Assembly (NCBI GenBank): GCA_938091905.1
Contig: CALKOM010000001.1
Location: 47,138-111,137, forward strand
Length of the DNA stretch: 64,000 nt
DNA from: an uncultured Verrucomicrobiales bacterium
Lineage (GTDB): Bacteria; Verrucomicrobiota; Verrucomicrobiia; Verrucomicrobiales; DEV007
Direction of reading: 5' to 3'
Shown here: in pieces, positions 10,617 to 21,970 of the stretch
Position numbering within the stretch: position 1 is the stretch's first letter
Layout of the letters: every line of letters begins with the position of its first letter
Program-made: the position numbers and the translations under genes
The notes under the pieces: model-generated
Seen by the model: the letters and a program-made list of their open reading frames with translations, nothing else
Databases searched by the model: none
Told to the model about the DNA's origin: nothing

Positions 10617-12920
10617 CTAACTCTTCGAGATCGACTCGTCGAGGTTAAGGATTATGGACGCTACCGCAGCGTAGGACGCGAGTTCGGCAGGGTCTAGCGC
10701 TTTGTTAGTTTTATGTTCGCCTCCGGTAAGGTAGTGGTTAGTCATTTCTTCATCGCCATTGAATTCGCGGTAGCGATCGTTGAACTCGGCTTTGAGGATG
10801 GTAAGCTCGTCTTTGTTGGGCTTCCGAGAGGTTGCTAGCCGAAAAGCGAAGCTGAGGCGGGCATCGAGGTGATCGCCGCCTTCTTGGATCATACGTTCGG
10901 CGAGGACGCGAGCGGCTTCGGTGAACTGAACGTCATTGAGGAGGACGAGGGCTTGGAGTGGGGTGTTGGTTTGTTCGCGGCGCGTGCGACAGGCGATGCG
11001 GCCGTCGGCGCCTAAGAGGCGCATGTTGGCGGCGGGGATTTGTCGTTTCCAGTAGGTGTAGAGGCTGCGGCGATAGAGGTCTTCTCCTTCTCCGACGGCA
11101 AACTTGGCTTCGGCAGCGCCGATGGCATTTCTGCCAAACAGTTCGGCGGGTTGGTAGGGGCGGACCCCTGGGCCGCCGGATTTTGTGACTAACAAACCGC
11201 TGGTGGCGAGTGCGTGATCTCGAATGAACTCGGCGCTGAGGCGTTGGCGAGGCGCGCGTGCGAGCAGGCGATTGTCGGGGTCTTGATCGTTTGCAGACGT
11301 TCGAACACTGGATTGTTGGTAAGCGGTTGAGGTGACGATTTGTCTAATGAGCGCCTTCGTGTCCCAGCCAGAATCTATGAACGTGACTGCGAGATGATCG
11401 AGTAACTGGTGATGGGAGGGGCGTTCCCCTTGGGTCCCGAAATCTTCGGACGTCTTCACGAGCCCAGTGCCGAAGAGCATCTGCCAGAGCCGATTCACGG
11501 CGACGCGGGCTGTGAGAGGGTGGTTAGGATCTGTCATCCACTGGGCGAGGCCGAGCCGATTCTTGGGCAGGGATTCGTCATAGGGCATGACACTACTTGG
11601 CCCGACGGCCTCGACCTCTTCTCCGGGCTTGTCATACTCACCGCGGAGTAGGACGTACATGGCCCGAGGTTTCTCCGAGTCGGAGGCGATCATGCTGACG
11701 GGAATGGTCGTGTCGATCTTGCGTTGTTCCTTTTTGAAGGCTTCGAGTTCCTGATGCTCGGGAGTGTCCTTCTTGGGCTTGCCTAGTTCGCCGATGGACT
11801 TCTTGATTTCTGCCAGGCGAGCGTCTTTCTCTGGCGTGCTGAACTTTAGAATAGGATCAGTGGCCCCCTTGGTGTTTCCTCTGCCCACGAGATTGTTGAA
11901 GAATCCGCCAAACTGATAGTACTCCTTCTGCGTCATCGGATCGAACTTGTGATCATGACATTGTGCGCATTCCATGGTGAGGCCGAGGAACGCAGTCGAG
12001 GTGGTGTTGACGCGGTCGATGAGATACTTGATTCGGTAATCCTCGTCGATTAGTCCACCTTCGTTCGAGGTGGCGTTGTTGCGGAGGAATCCTGTGGCCA
12101 GCTTCTGATCGACGCTCGGTTCAGGGAGAAGATCGCCTGCGAGTTGCCAAGTGAGGAACTTGTCGTAGGGCAGATTCTCATTGAAGGCCTGAACGACCCA
12201 GTCTCGCCACAGGTAGATGCTACGCGGGTGATCTTCAAAGAGGCCGTCGGTGTCGCCATAGCGAGCGATGTCGAGCCATTCCAAGGCGAGACGTTCGCCA
12301 AACGCAGGCGACTCGAGCAAGCGATTGATTGCCTTTGGCCAGGCGGACGCTTGGTCTTCGGCGAGGAAGGTGTCCATCTCCGCCAACGTCGGAGCCAGTC
12401 CGGTGAGATCGAAACTGAGACGGCGTAGCAGGTGTTCTCGGCTAGCGCGTGCAGCTGGTTTCATGCCTTTCTCTTCCAAGCGTGCTAGGATGAAATGATC
12501 GACAGGGTTCACGTCGTGTGGAAGAGCGGCTTTGCTAGGAGAAATGAAAGCCCAGTGGCGTTCCCAAGGAGCCCCTTGCTCAATCCAGCTGGTTAAGAGA
12601 GCGATTTCCTCCTTGGTCACGGAAGTCTTGGCTTCGGGTGGTGGCATGACCTCGTCAGGATCTTGGCTGGTGATACGCCGCAAGATATGGCTCTTGTTAG
12701 GATGGCCTTCGGCTATGGGGACAAGACCGTCCGCTTCAAGCGCTGTCTTGGCGGCATCCTCCTGATCGAGACGCAATCCCGCTTTGCGCGAGGCCGAGTC
12801 GGGGCCGTGACAAGCAAAGCAGCGATCCGATAGGATAGGCCGGATGTGCTCATTGAAGGAAACGGTCTCGGCGTAAGCGGCCAGAGTTGCGAGTAGCAAG
12901 GCGAACGAAGCAAGTCTCAT
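10617..12920 (-). CDS. planctomycete cytochrome c + DUF1549 + DUF1553 (PSD1) protein
   Basis: [62 protein letters not shown]. Confidence 0.92.
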   Translation of the reverse strand: MRLASFALLLATLAAYAETVSFNEHIRPILSDRCFACHGPDSASRKAGLRLDQEDAAKTALEADGLVPIAEGHPNKSHILRRITSQDPDEVMPPPEAKTSVTKEEIALLTSWIEQGAPWERHWAFISPSKAALPHDVNPVDHFILARLEEKGMKPAARASREHLLRRLSFDLTGLAPTLAEMDTFLAEDQASAWPKAINRLLESPAFGERLALEWLDIARYGDTDGLFEDHPRSIYLWRDWVVQAFNENLPYDKFLTWQLAGDLLPEPSVDQKLATGFLRNNATSNEGGLIDEDYRIKYLIDRVNTTSTAFLGLTMECAQCHDHKFDPMTQKEYYQFGGFFNNLVGRGNTKGATDPILKFSTPEKDARLAEIKKSIGELGKPKKDTPEHQELEAFKKEQRKIDTTIPVSMIASDSEKPRAMYVLLRGEYDKPGEEVEAVGPSSVMPYDESLPKNRLGLAQWMTDPNHPLTARVAVNRLWQMLFGTGLVKTSEDFGTQGERPSHHQLLDHLAVTFIDSGWDTKALIRQIVTSTAYQQSSVRTSANDQDPDNRLLARAPRQRLSAEFIRDHALATSGLLVTKSGGPGVRPYQPAELFGRNAIGAAEAKFAVGEGEDLYRRSLYTYWKRQIPAANMRLLGADGRIACRTRREQTNTPLQALVLLNDVQFTEAARVLAERMIQEGGDHLDARLSFAFRLATSRKPNKDELTILKAEFNDRYREFNGDEEMTNHYLTGGEHKTNKALDPAELASYAAVASIILNLDESISKS

Positions 12921-14398
12921 ACGAGGATAGGCTTGATGACTTTCCCATGCACATCCGTTAGGCGGAAGCGTCGCCCTTGGTAGCGGAAGGTGAGACGTTC
13001 GTGATCAACGCCCATGAGTTGCATGGCCGTGGCCTGAAAGTCGTGCACGTGCACGGGGTCCTGCGCGATGTTATAGCCAAGTTCATCGGTGGCTCCGTAG
13101 CTGGTGCCGGGTTTGATCCCGCCTCCAGCCATCCAGTAGGTAAAGCAGCGGGGATGATGATCGCGGCCGTTGGCGGCTTTGCTAGCCTTGCCTTGACTGT
13201 AGGTGGTCCGGCCGAATTCGCCTCCCCAGACGATGAGCGTGTTGTCCAGCAGACCGCGTTGCTTGAGATCGGTGACGAGAGCGGCTTGCGCTTGATCCAC
13301 ATCCTGACACTGTTTCGGAAGAGCTTTCAACAAGTCGCCATGCTGGTCCCAGCCGCGATGATAGAGTTGAATGAAGCGGACGCCGCGTTCGGCTAAACGA
13401 CGGGCCAGGAGGCAGTTTGCGGCAAATTTGCCCGGTGTTTGGCATTCGGGTCCGTAGAGATCGAGGATGGATTTGGGCTCATTGCTAATGTCTGTGGCTT
13501 CCGGAACTGACATCTGCATGCGAAAGGCCATTTCGTACTGAGCGATGCGGGTGGCGATCTCGGGATCATGAAAGGTATCGTGTTGGATCTTGTTTAGAGC
13601 CTCGATTCGGTTAATCATGCGTCGGCGACTCTCGACCGATTCTCCTGGTTGGCTATTGAGGTAGAGCACCGGCGTCTTGCCACCGCGAAACTGCACGCCT
13701 TGATGCACACTTGGAAGGAAGCCGCTGCCCCAGAGTTTGGAATAAACGGGTTGGCTGCCGGGCCGACCCGTGCCATTTGAGATGAGTACCGTGAACGCTG
13801 GCAAATTGCTATTCTCTGCTCCGAGTCCATAGCTCATCCAAGCACCCATGCTGGGACGACCGGGCTGTTGGTGACCCGTTTGAAAGAAGGTCACTCCGGG
13901 ATCATGATTGATCGCCTCTGTGTGCATGGATTTCACAAAGCAGAGATCATCGGCGATGCGTGCTGTGTGAGGGAGAAGTTCGCTTAGCCAGGCGCCACTC
14001 TTGCCATGTTGTTGGAAGGCAAAGTTAGAACGCGCAATCGGAAACGACGCTTGCCCAGCAGTCATGCCGGTGAGGCGTTGAGTTTTTTCAATGAAGCCTT
14101 CCTTGCTCCAGGTTTTTGTCTTGGGATCGAAGCGTTTGAAGAGTTCCTTGCCGTGGTGTTCGTTAATCTTTGGTTTGTAGTCGAACAGGTCTTGTTGGGA
14201 CGGTGCCCCGTTCATGAAGAGGAAGATGATCCTCTTCGCCTTTGGAGCGAGGTGCAAGCCGCGACGTGCCACATCCGAAGCAAACGCGTTGGGCGCTAGT
14301 AGGGAATTCAGTGCTAGCGAGCCGATCCCGGCAGATCCTGCGCGGAGCAAGTGACGTCGGGTGATGACGTGTTTCAGCAGTTCGGTGGGGGCATTCAT
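12917..14398 (-). CDS. DUF1501 domain protein (Tat-type signal)
   Basis: TRRHLL, FMNGAPSQQDLFDYKP, ARRLAERGVRF, GEFGRT, GRDH. 4-nt overlap with the downstream PSD1 gene. Confidence 0.93.
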   Translation of the reverse strand: MNAPTELLKHVITRRHLLRAGSAGIGSLALNSLLAPNAFASDVARRGLHLAPKAKRIIFLFMNGAPSQQDLFDYKPKINEHHGKELFKRFDPKTKTWSKEGFIEKTQRLTGMTAGQASFPIARSNFAFQQHGKSGAWLSELLPHTARIADDLCFVKSMHTEAINHDPGVTFFQTGHQQPGRPSMGAWMSYGLGAENSNLPAFTVLISNGTGRPGSQPVYSKLWGSGFLPSVHQGVQFRGGKTPVLYLNSQPGESVESRRRMINRIEALNKIQHDTFHDPEIATRIAQYEMAFRMQMSVPEATDISNEPKSILDLYGPECQTPGKFAANCLLARRLAERGVRFIQLYHRGWDQHGDLLKALPKQCQDVDQAQAALVTDLKQRGLLDNTLIVWGGEFGRTTYSQGKASKAANGRDHHPRCFTYWMAGGGIKPGTSYGATDELGYNIAQDPVHVHDFQATAMQLMGVDHERLTFRYQGRRFRLTDVHGKVIKPILV

Positions 14399-14498
14399 TC
14401 AGGGATATGTTACCCCAACGAGGCGCGTTTGTCCCGGTGGCAAACCAGGGAAAGATTCTTCTGGGATGCCGCTTGGGTTCAGTCCAAGGTTCACTACC

Positions 14499-16919
14499 AT
14501 GTGGAAGACCTTCTGTATCGTGTTTCTCCTAGCTCGAGGATGGCTTTCTGCGGATACGGACCATTGGGCGTTTGAGCCTATTGAGGAACCGGAATCCAGA
14601 CCAATCTCCATTGATACTTTAGTTGGGGAGAAGTTGGTGGAGAAGGGTCTTGAATGGTCTCCAGAGGCCGATAGGCGGACGCTCATTCGGCGACTCTATT
14701 TGGCCATGTTAGGAATACCTCCTAGTGTTGAGGAAATAGAAGCTTTCGTTGCCTATGAGGCACCGAACGAAATCGCTTGGTCTCGTGTCGTGGATCGGGT
14801 GTTGGCCGACCCGCGCTATGGAGAACGGTGGGCACTGCATTGGTTAGACACCATTCGTTGGGCGGAGACGGTGGGATTCGAGACCAATGCACCTCGTCCG
14901 AATGCTTGGCACTACCGCGATTGGGTCATCGAGTCGTTCAATCGTGACCAGCCCTATGATCAGTTCATCTTTGAACAACTTGCGGGTGATACGTGTGAGG
15001 CGGATGCGGCCCTTGGCTTTCTCGTGGCCGGACCGGCAAATCTGCCGGGGCAGATTGGTCGGGATGAATTGGCCATGCGCAGTGCGCGTCAGGATGAACT
15101 GGATGAAGTCATCCGGACGGTTAGCCAAACTTTCCTTGGGTTGACGGTGGGGTGTGCACGCTGTCATGACCATAAATTCGATCCGATTTCGGCGAAGGAT
15201 TATTATGCGATGCAGGCGGTGTTTGCGGGTCTCCGCTATGGGGATCGGCGTCGACGTGGGCCCGAGAATGACGCTTGGACTGGTCGCGTCCCTTACATGA
15301 CGGCGACAGTGCGAAAACTAGCAGCTGAGCTAGAGGCGTTACGGATCAGGCATGGCTTGAAGACGCCTCTTGGAAATGTCGAGACTGTGTCGTTTGAACC
15401 CCTTCTTGCGCAAACAGTGCGCATGCGGATCAACGCGACTACGAATGGTAGTGCGGCTTCACTTTACGAGTTCGAGGTTTGGCAGGGAAAGGGTGCAGAC
15501 GCGATGAATGTGGCGCTCGCTAGCCGGGGTGCCAAAGCCACGGCCTCAAGCTTCGCTTTGGAGAACCAAACTCGACACCCCGACTGCCTCAACGATGGGA
15601 GTGTGGATGAACGTCAGGCCTTTGCCTGGCGTGCAGGCGCAAATGGCCCTGCGTGGGTTCGCATCGATCTTGTGGAACCGGCAATGCTCGAACGCGTGGT
15701 TTGGCAGCGCGGCTATAGCCAGCCTGCGGACTATGTGATTGAAGTTCAATCACCGGGAACGACGACGTGGAATGAACTGGCCCATACTCGAGATCACTTT
15801 CCAACTCGAAGTGACACGCGCGCTGCGGCGTCGATTACCTTGGGAGATCTAACAAAGTCCGATATAGCAGAAATAGTCCGCTTGAACGGAGAACTTCGGC
15901 GGGCGCAGGCTGAGCTTGCCCGATTGCAAGCAGGCCCGCAGACCTATGCTGCGAGTTTCACTGACAAGCCGGACACGACATGGCTATTGCATCGTGGAGA
16001 TCCGATGCAGCGGAGAGAGGTCGTTGCTCCATCGGTGCCGGTGGCACTGGGGAGCTTGGGGGCTATCGACGAAGGTCCAGAGGTACGCCGACGGATTCGA
16101 TTGGCGCGTCATCTTGCTGAGCCTAACCATCCTCTTACCGCGCGGGTGTTGGTCAATCGTGTCTGGCAATACCACTTCGGCACGGGTTTTGTCGACACGC
16201 CGTCGGATTTCGGGAAGATGGGTTCGCTTCCCACCCATCCGAGTTTGCTGGATTGGTTGGCGAGCGATTTCATGAATCATGGGTGGTCGATCAAGCACCT
16301 GCATCGTCGCATTCTCCACTCCCGGACGTTTCTTCAATCGAGCCGCCCGGATGCTCTTGCGCTTAAAGTGGATGCAGACACCCGTTTCCTCTGGCGCTTC
16401 CCCCCTCGGCGCGTGGCGGCCGAAGTTATCCGCGATTCCATGCTTGCTGCCAGCGGCAAGTTGAACCGGCGTGCGCATGGGGTTGGGTTCGATTTCTTTC
16501 GACAACAGGGAGGGCTCTCAGACTATCAGGCGCACGAAACGTTTGAGAGTGATGGTTGGCGGCGCATGGTTTACGCGCGCAAGATACGCATGCAAGCAGT
16601 CGATGTCTTTGGTGCCTTTGATTGTCCAGATGCAGGGCAAATGACTCCCAGGAGAACGCGGTCGATTACTCCAGTGCAATCGTTAGGGCTGATGAATAGC
16701 CCCTTCGCCCTTCGCCAAGCAGGGTTCTTTGCGAAGCGTATCGTGGCCGAGGTGGGAGGTGATCCTGAGGCACAGGTGAGCCGTGCGATTGAGATCGCCT
16801 TGAATCGTCAAGCCGAGGTCGAGGAACGCAGAACTCTGGCCGCACTGGCTAGAGATCACGGCCTTGATCAGGTGTGCCGCGTGCTCTTCAACACCAGCGA
16901 ATTCATCCATTTACCATGA
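14499..16919 (+). CDS. DUF1549/DUF1553 protein with an inserted discoidin/F5-8-like segment, lacking the N-terminal cytochrome c domain
   Basis: Signal peptide from ATG 14499, HWAF directly after it, [11 protein letters not shown], insert [14 protein letters not shown]...[17 protein letters not shown]. Confidence 0.88.
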   Translation: MWKTFCIVFLLARGWLSADTDHWAFEPIEEPESRPISIDTLVGEKLVEKGLEWSPEADRRTLIRRLYLAMLGIPPSVEEIEAFVAYEAPNEIAWSRVVDRVLADPRYGERWALHWLDTIRWAETVGFETNAPRPNAWHYRDWVIESFNRDQPYDQFIFEQLAGDTCEADAALGFLVAGPANLPGQIGRDELAMRSARQDELDEVIRTVSQTFLGLTVGCARCHDHKFDPISAKDYYAMQAVFAGLRYGDRRRRGPENDAWTGRVPYMTATVRKLAAELEALRIRHGLKTPLGNVETVSFEPLLAQTVRMRINATTNGSAASLYEFEVWQGKGADAMNVALASRGAKATASSFALENQTRHPDCLNDGSVDERQAFAWRAGANGPAWVRIDLVEPAMLERVVWQRGYSQPADYVIEVQSPGTTTWNELAHTRDHFPTRSDTRAAASITLGDLTKSDIAEIVRLNGELRRAQAELARLQAGPQTYAASFTDKPDTTWLLHRGDPMQRREVVAPSVPVALGSLGAIDEGPEVRRRIRLARHLAEPNHPLTARVLVNRVWQYHFGTGFVDTPSDFGKMGSLPTHPSLLDWLASDFMNHGWSIKHLHRRILHSRTFLQSSRPDALALKVDADTRFLWRFPPRRVAAEVIRDSMLAASGKLNRRAHGVGFDFFRQQGGLSDYQAHETFESDGWRRMVYARKIRMQAVDVFGAFDCPDAGQMTPRRTRSITPVQSLGLMNSPFALRQAGFFAKRIVAEVGGDPEAQVSRAIEIALNRQAEVEERRTLAALARDHGLDQVCRVLFNTSEFIHLP

Positions 16920-18358
16920 TTTCTCGCGCCGGCATCGATCTTTTAATGAATCGTCGACACTTCCTTTCGCGATCGGCAGGAGGACTGGGTGGCATCGCGC
17001 TGGCCTCGCTCATGGCAGAGGAGTCTTCACTAGAGATCGACAGCACCGATCCCTATCGACCACGGCCGTCACATCACGAAGCGAAGGCAAAGAATGTGGT
17101 CGTGGTCTTTTGTTCTGGCGCGTTGAGCCACGTGGACACCTTTGACTACAAGCCGAAACTGATTCGCCATCATGGGCGACCACTTCCCGGCCAGGAGAAC
17201 CTGGTGTCGTTTCAAGGGCCTAACGGAAATCTCGTTCAACCACTTTGGAAATTCCGGCCGCGCGGACAGTGCGGGAAGATGATCTCTGATCTCGTGCCGC
17301 AGATTGGGGAAATGGCGGATGATCTTTGTTTTCTCCATGCCCTGACAAACAAGTCAAACACCCATGGCCCGGCCGAGAACGTGATGAACACCGGCTTTGC
17401 CTTCGATGGTTTTCCAAGCATGGGAGCGTGGGTCAACTACGCTTTGGGAAGCACGAACGCCGATTTGCCAGCGTTCGTCGCCATTGAGGATCCACGTGGG
17501 ATGCCGCAGTCGGGTCCGAACAACTGGGCCAACGGCTTTCTTCCAGCGGCCTTTCAAGGAACGCCCTTTAGCACGACGAAGCCTATTCGTTACTTGCCTC
17601 GTCCATCTCACATTCATTCGCGGACGGATTCGGAAGCGCGTGAAGCGCTTCGTGCCCTGAACGAACGGCATGCCGAGAGATTCCCGGGAGACGAAGCCCT
17701 GGCGGCGCGGATTGCCAGCTACGAGCTTTCTGCCCGGATGCAATTGAGCGTGCCCCAAGTCGCTGATGTCTCTAGGGAATCCGCCGCGATGCGTCGTCTC
17801 TATGGAGCAGACAGTTCTAACGAGACAAAGGCAGCCTTTGCCGAGAACTGCATGCTGGCTCGACGCCTCGTTGAGAATGGCGTTCGCTTTGTGCAATTGT
17901 TCAATGGTGCCTACGCCTCCGGGGGGAATCTGAATTGGGACGGGCACAGCCAGCTCAAGTCGCAGTACGATCGTCATGGTGACATTCTCGATCAGCCGGT
18001 CGCAGGCTTACTACAAGATCTCAAACAACGCGGCCTCTTGGAAACCACCTTGGTGGTCTTCGCCACAGAGTTCGGTCGTATGCCGATGTTTCAGGCGGGC
18101 ACGTATGGCCGTGACCACAATCCTCACGGTTTCACCTGTTGGCTTGCTGGTGCGGGTGTGAAAGCACCGTTTAGCTATGGTGCTACGGACGAGTTTGGTT
18201 ACGCCGCCATCGAGAAGGTTACGACAGCGCACGATTTCCATGCGACTATTCTGCACCTGCTTGGCTTGGATCATGAAGCCCTCACCGTTTATCATAATGG
18301 GATCGAACGACGCCTGACAGACGTCCACGGTCAGGTGATCCAGGAGGTCTTGGCTTAA
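16916..18358 (+). CDS. DUF1501 domain protein
   Basis: [45 protein letters not shown] overlap with the upstream gene. Confidence 0.93.
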   Translation: MISRAGIDLLMNRRHFLSRSAGGLGGIALASLMAEESSLEIDSTDPYRPRPSHHEAKAKNVVVVFCSGALSHVDTFDYKPKLIRHHGRPLPGQENLVSFQGPNGNLVQPLWKFRPRGQCGKMISDLVPQIGEMADDLCFLHALTNKSNTHGPAENVMNTGFAFDGFPSMGAWVNYALGSTNADLPAFVAIEDPRGMPQSGPNNWANGFLPAAFQGTPFSTTKPIRYLPRPSHIHSRTDSEAREALRALNERHAERFPGDEALAARIASYELSARMQLSVPQVADVSRESAAMRRLYGADSSNETKAAFAENCMLARRLVENGVRFVQLFNGAYASGGNLNWDGHSQLKSQYDRHGDILDQPVAGLLQDLKQRGLLETTLVVFATEFGRMPMFQAGTYGRDHNPHGFTCWLAGAGVKAPFSYGATDEFGYAAIEKVTTAHDFHATILHLLGLDHEALTVYHNGIERRLTDVHGQVIQEVLA

Positions 18359-19482
18359 GCCTTCGATGCGGATAGTACTTTCCGCACAGCTGCGGAGTCC
18401 ATCTCGTGAACCTCTACTTTCTCACCTAGCTTAGGCACCAAAGTAATCGTCAATTCGCCGCCGAGGTGTTCACGAAATTCTTCGAGGCCTTTGAGAATTT
18501 CTAGTTGGCCCTGATCGTCCTTGGCGTCGAGTTCGGGAGCAGACGTAGCAAATCCCAGATTTGAGATTAAAGCTAGGATGCGATTGGCGGTGGCTTTGTC
18601 GAGAAGCGCGATCTCAACCGAGTAGCGAAGGTCGATGGCTATGCCGATGGCGACGGCTTCGCCGTGGGTGATCTTGAAATTTGACAGCTGCTCTAATTTA
18701 TGCGCGGCCCAGTGGCCAAAGTCTAACGGGCGGGCGGAGCCGTATTCAAAGGGGTCGCCGCCGGTAGCAATATGGTCGACGTGATGGGCGGCACTTTGTG
18801 CGACGACTTCGACGAGTGCTTCATGATTGAGTTTCGCTAGCGCAGGGGCGAGTTTTTCGATGCGTTCGTAGAACACTCGGTCACGGATGAGGGCGACTTT
18901 GACAGCTTCAATGAGGCCTGCACGTTTCTCGCGTTCTGGTAGGGTTTTGAGAAAGTCGGTATCATTGACCACGGCATGAGGGATGGCGAAGGTTCCGACC
19001 CAGTTCTTCTTGCTGAAGAAGTTCACGCCGTTTTTTACGCCCACGCCGCCATCGCCTTGACTGAGTGTGGTCGTGGGCATGCGCACGTGGCGGATGCCGC
19101 GGTGGGCGGTGGCGGCTGCAAAGCCGACGAGATCGAGAATAGCGCCGCCGCCGATGGCAATGATGTAAGAGTGGCGGCAGAGCCGATGGTCATGCACGGC
19201 TCGCCAGATGGATTCGACGTGTGTCCAGTCGTTCTTGGCAGCCTCGCCCCCGGGGAGTGGAATGGGGGCGGTGACGAGTTCCAGGGAGTGCTGAGCTTCG
19301 AAATACTTTTGAACGCTGGTGTTGAGCTCTAACTGATCATCGATGAAGACCAACACTTTCACGATGTCCTCGTTGTCCGTCGTGAGCACGGAAGCTAACG
19401 TCTCATTTGCTGGAGCAAAGGCACCTTGAGTGAAGCGCACATCGTGCGTGTAACTCAGAGTAATGTCTCGGCGAATGTCCAT
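18355..19482 (-). CDS. 3-dehydroquinate synthase-family sugar-phosphate cyclase (EboD-like clade)
   Basis: [56 protein letters not shown]. Confidence 0.85.
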   Translation of the reverse strand: MDIRRDITLSYTHDVRFTQGAFAPANETLASVLTTDNEDIVKVLVFIDDQLELNTSVQKYFEAQHSLELVTAPIPLPGGEAAKNDWTHVESIWRAVHDHRLCRHSYIIAIGGGAILDLVGFAAATAHRGIRHVRMPTTTLSQGDGGVGVKNGVNFFSKKNWVGTFAIPHAVVNDTDFLKTLPEREKRAGLIEAVKVALIRDRVFYERIEKLAPALAKLNHEALVEVVAQSAAHHVDHIATGGDPFEYGSARPLDFGHWAAHKLEQLSNFKITHGEAVAIGIAIDLRYSVEIALLDKATANRILALISNLGFATSAPELDAKDDQGQLEILKGLEEFREHLGGELTITLVPKLGEKVEVHEMDSAAVRKVLSASKA

Positions 19483-19492
19483 CCTTGGCTAG

Positions 19493-20101
19493 CTAGGTCG
19501 TAATCAACCCCAGGGCTCGCAGTTCGTTTTTGGCAACATCGTGGGCATCTGGATTGTAGTGAATGCACTGGAATCCGAGCCGACGTCCGGTCGCGATGTT
19601 GTCGGCCAGATCGTCGATATATGCAGTCTTTGAAGGTTCGAGGCCGAACTGTGCGATGGCTTTCTCAAAGATCATTTCGTCCGGCTTCATGGCCTTGGCC
19701 TGATGCGAGAAGATGATATCATTGAATGGCTCCAAGACAGCATAGGCAGTCTCAACGTGACGGACGTGGAGGTCGTTCGAGTTGGAGAGCAGGTAGCGAG
19801 GGATGCCTCGTGTTTGCAGGTTCCGGAGGAAGTCCACCATCGGTGCGTTCTCTTCGAAGATATCTTCCCAGCTTTGCTCGAAGTGCTCCTGTGAACCGTG
19901 GTAACCGGAGAGCACTGCTGTGCGCTGATACATCTCCTCATTGCTGATGGCGCCCGTCTCGTATTCGATCTTGAGGGCGTCCATGCTTTCGCCCTTTAGC
20001 TTGGGCACGTGGGCACCGTGCTCGGCCATCGCCTTGTAGGCGCGATCGAAGTCGAAGCGTAGGAGGACATTGCCAAGATCGAACAGGACCTTCTCAATCA
20101 T
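19493..20101 (-). CDS. HAD-superfamily phosphatase (YihX-like)
   Basis: LFDLGNVL, LSNSN, KP, YIDD. True start ATG 20101. Confidence 0.9.
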   Translation of the reverse strand: MIEKVLFDLGNVLLRFDFDRAYKAMAEHGAHVPKLKGESMDALKIEYETGAISNEEMYQRTAVLSGYHGSQEHFEQSWEDIFEENAPMVDFLRNLQTRGIPRYLLSNSNDLHVRHVETAYAVLEPFNDIIFSHQAKAMKPDEMIFEKAIAQFGLEPSKTAYIDDLADNIATGRRLGFQCIHYNPDAHDVAKNELRALGLITT

Positions 20102-20147
20102 AGGCTGCACCATGGAGGCAACGTGCTGCTTGGCAACGTCGAGTCGG

Positions 20148-21869
20148 TCAATGTCCGCCGGAGACTTTGGCGTAGTACTGAGCTTCGACAAGGTCACCGG
20201 CTTTCTCGAGGACTTTGCTACAACCAGCATCCAGGTGGGTGAGGTGGAGACGTTTGCCCAGGGCGCGGTATTTCTCACTGACGCTGTGAATGGCTTCAAT
20301 AGCAGAGTGATCACAGACTTTGGAACGACGGAAACTGATGTAGACGTCGTCGGGGTCTGCTGTTGGATTGAAGAGGTCTTTAAACTGCTGAATGGAGCCA
20401 AAGAAGAGGGTGCCACGCAGTTTGTAGTGACGCTCATTGTCCTTGTCCTCGAAGAGATCTAACTCGATGTCCTTGGAACGTTCCCACGCATAAGTGATGG
20501 TCGAGATGACGATGCCGATGCCGACCGCTAGAGCGAGGTTGTGAAAGAAGACCGTGACCATTGACACGATGAAGATGACCCAGAGATCGGTGGCCGGCAC
20601 TTTGCCGATGAGGCGGAAGCTCGACCACTCGAAGGTGGCAATGACGACCATGAACATGACGCCGATAAGGCAGCCCATGGGGATCATTTCGATGAGCTTC
20701 GGTGCAAACATGATGAACCCTAGCAGGAGTACAGCTGCGGAAATCCCGGAAAGTCGACCGCGTCCGCCAGAGTTGATGTTGATCATGCTCTGGCCAATCA
20801 TGGCACACCCACCCATGCCACCAAAGAAGCCGGTCACAATGTTGGCGAAGCCCTGACCGACGCACTCACGACGGGTAGAGCCACGAGTTTCCGTGAGCTC
20901 ATCGATTAACGATAGGGTCATGAGAGACTCGACCAAGCCGATGCTGGCGAGAGCGAGCGCGAGGAAGATGACGGCACTGACGGCTTTGGAATTTCCGAGA
21001 TCAATTTTCGGGATTGCGAACGTCGGGAGGCCTGCTTTAAGACCTTTAGGGAGCTCATCTATCCGAGTTTGCTCATCTGCCGTGAGTTCACGGGCGGCCA
21101 CTTCATTTGCTCGCCTCGCCACATCCTTGACTAACAGATCGTCTTGGACAGCCTCGAACTCTTTGGTTTTGATTTGCTTCTCGAGCTGAAGCGCTCGCTG
21201 GGTATCGACGACATTGGCAACCGTGATGGTTTCTAGAGGGGTAAACTGAATCAGGCAGGTTCCTAGCACAATGGCCACGAGGGGTGCGGGTATTGCTCGT
21301 GTAAACCTCGGAAGAAAGTGCGAGATAAGCATCGTGAGAAGGATGATGCCGAGGGTTACTTGAAGCGTAGTGGAGCTGAAGTTCATCCAATCACCTTGAG
21401 TGACGAAACCCATGCCTTCTTCGTAGATGATGCGGTGATTCGTCTTGAACTGACCGAATTGGGCGAGTCCGATGACAATGGCGAGGCCATTGACGAATCC
21501 GAGCATGACCGGATGCGGTAGGATTCGAATGAATCGCCCCAGCTTGAGTAATCCGGCAAGGACTTGGAAGATGCCGGCAACGACCACAGCGGCTAACAGA
21601 TACTGCAAACCGAACAGGATGACGACCGATGTCATGACGACGGCCATGGCGCCTGTGGCTCCTGAGATCATGCCAGGACGCCCGCCAATGGCGGACGTGA
21701 TGAGACCGACAAAGAAGGCTGCGTAGAGTCCGACGAGAGGATCCACGCCAGCGACGAAGGCGAAGGCGACGGCCTCTGGAACGAGAGCGAGGGCGACTGT
21801 CAGGCCGGACAGCAGATCGTCTTTCCAGCGGATTCCCTGGCCATACTTGCGATAGATGAGTCGAAACAT
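20148..21869 (-). CDS. SulP-family inorganic anion transporter with STAS domain
   Basis: SGLTVALALVPEAVAFA, GGRPGMISGATGA, GFVNGLAI, GGCAMIGQS, LFFGS. ATG at 21869. Confidence 0.93.
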   Translation of the reverse strand: MFRLIYRKYGQGIRWKDDLLSGLTVALALVPEAVAFAFVAGVDPLVGLYAAFFVGLITSAIGGRPGMISGATGAMAVVMTSVVILFGLQYLLAAVVVAGIFQVLAGLLKLGRFIRILPHPVMLGFVNGLAIVIGLAQFGQFKTNHRIIYEEGMGFVTQGDWMNFSSTTLQVTLGIILLTMLISHFLPRFTRAIPAPLVAIVLGTCLIQFTPLETITVANVVDTQRALQLEKQIKTKEFEAVQDDLLVKDVARRANEVAARELTADEQTRIDELPKGLKAGLPTFAIPKIDLGNSKAVSAVIFLALALASIGLVESLMTLSLIDELTETRGSTRRECVGQGFANIVTGFFGGMGGCAMIGQSMININSGGRGRLSGISAAVLLLGFIMFAPKLIEMIPMGCLIGVMFMVVIATFEWSSFRLIGKVPATDLWVIFIVSMVTVFFHNLALAVGIGIVISTITYAWERSKDIELDLFEDKDNERHYKLRGTLFFGSIQQFKDLFNPTADPDDVYISFRRSKVCDHSAIEAIHSVSEKYRALGKRLHLTHLDAGCSKVLEKAGDLVEAQYYAKVSGGH

Positions 21870-21970
21870 AAGCAATAGCCCCGAATTGCATGGCGCAATG
21901 GGGGCCAGCGACCTAGACGGAGTCCCGGAATAGGGCAAACGATTTCAGCGATAGTTGTGGGAAATCTGCG

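Noticed and set aside
18355..19482. Assigning the symbol aroB
   Set aside because: The motifs deviate from canonical AroB and no shikimate genes are adjacent.
20102..20437. 112-aa N-terminal extension of the HAD phosphatase
   Set aside because: It overlaps the SulP 3' end in another frame, and HAD motif I begins just after ATG 20101.
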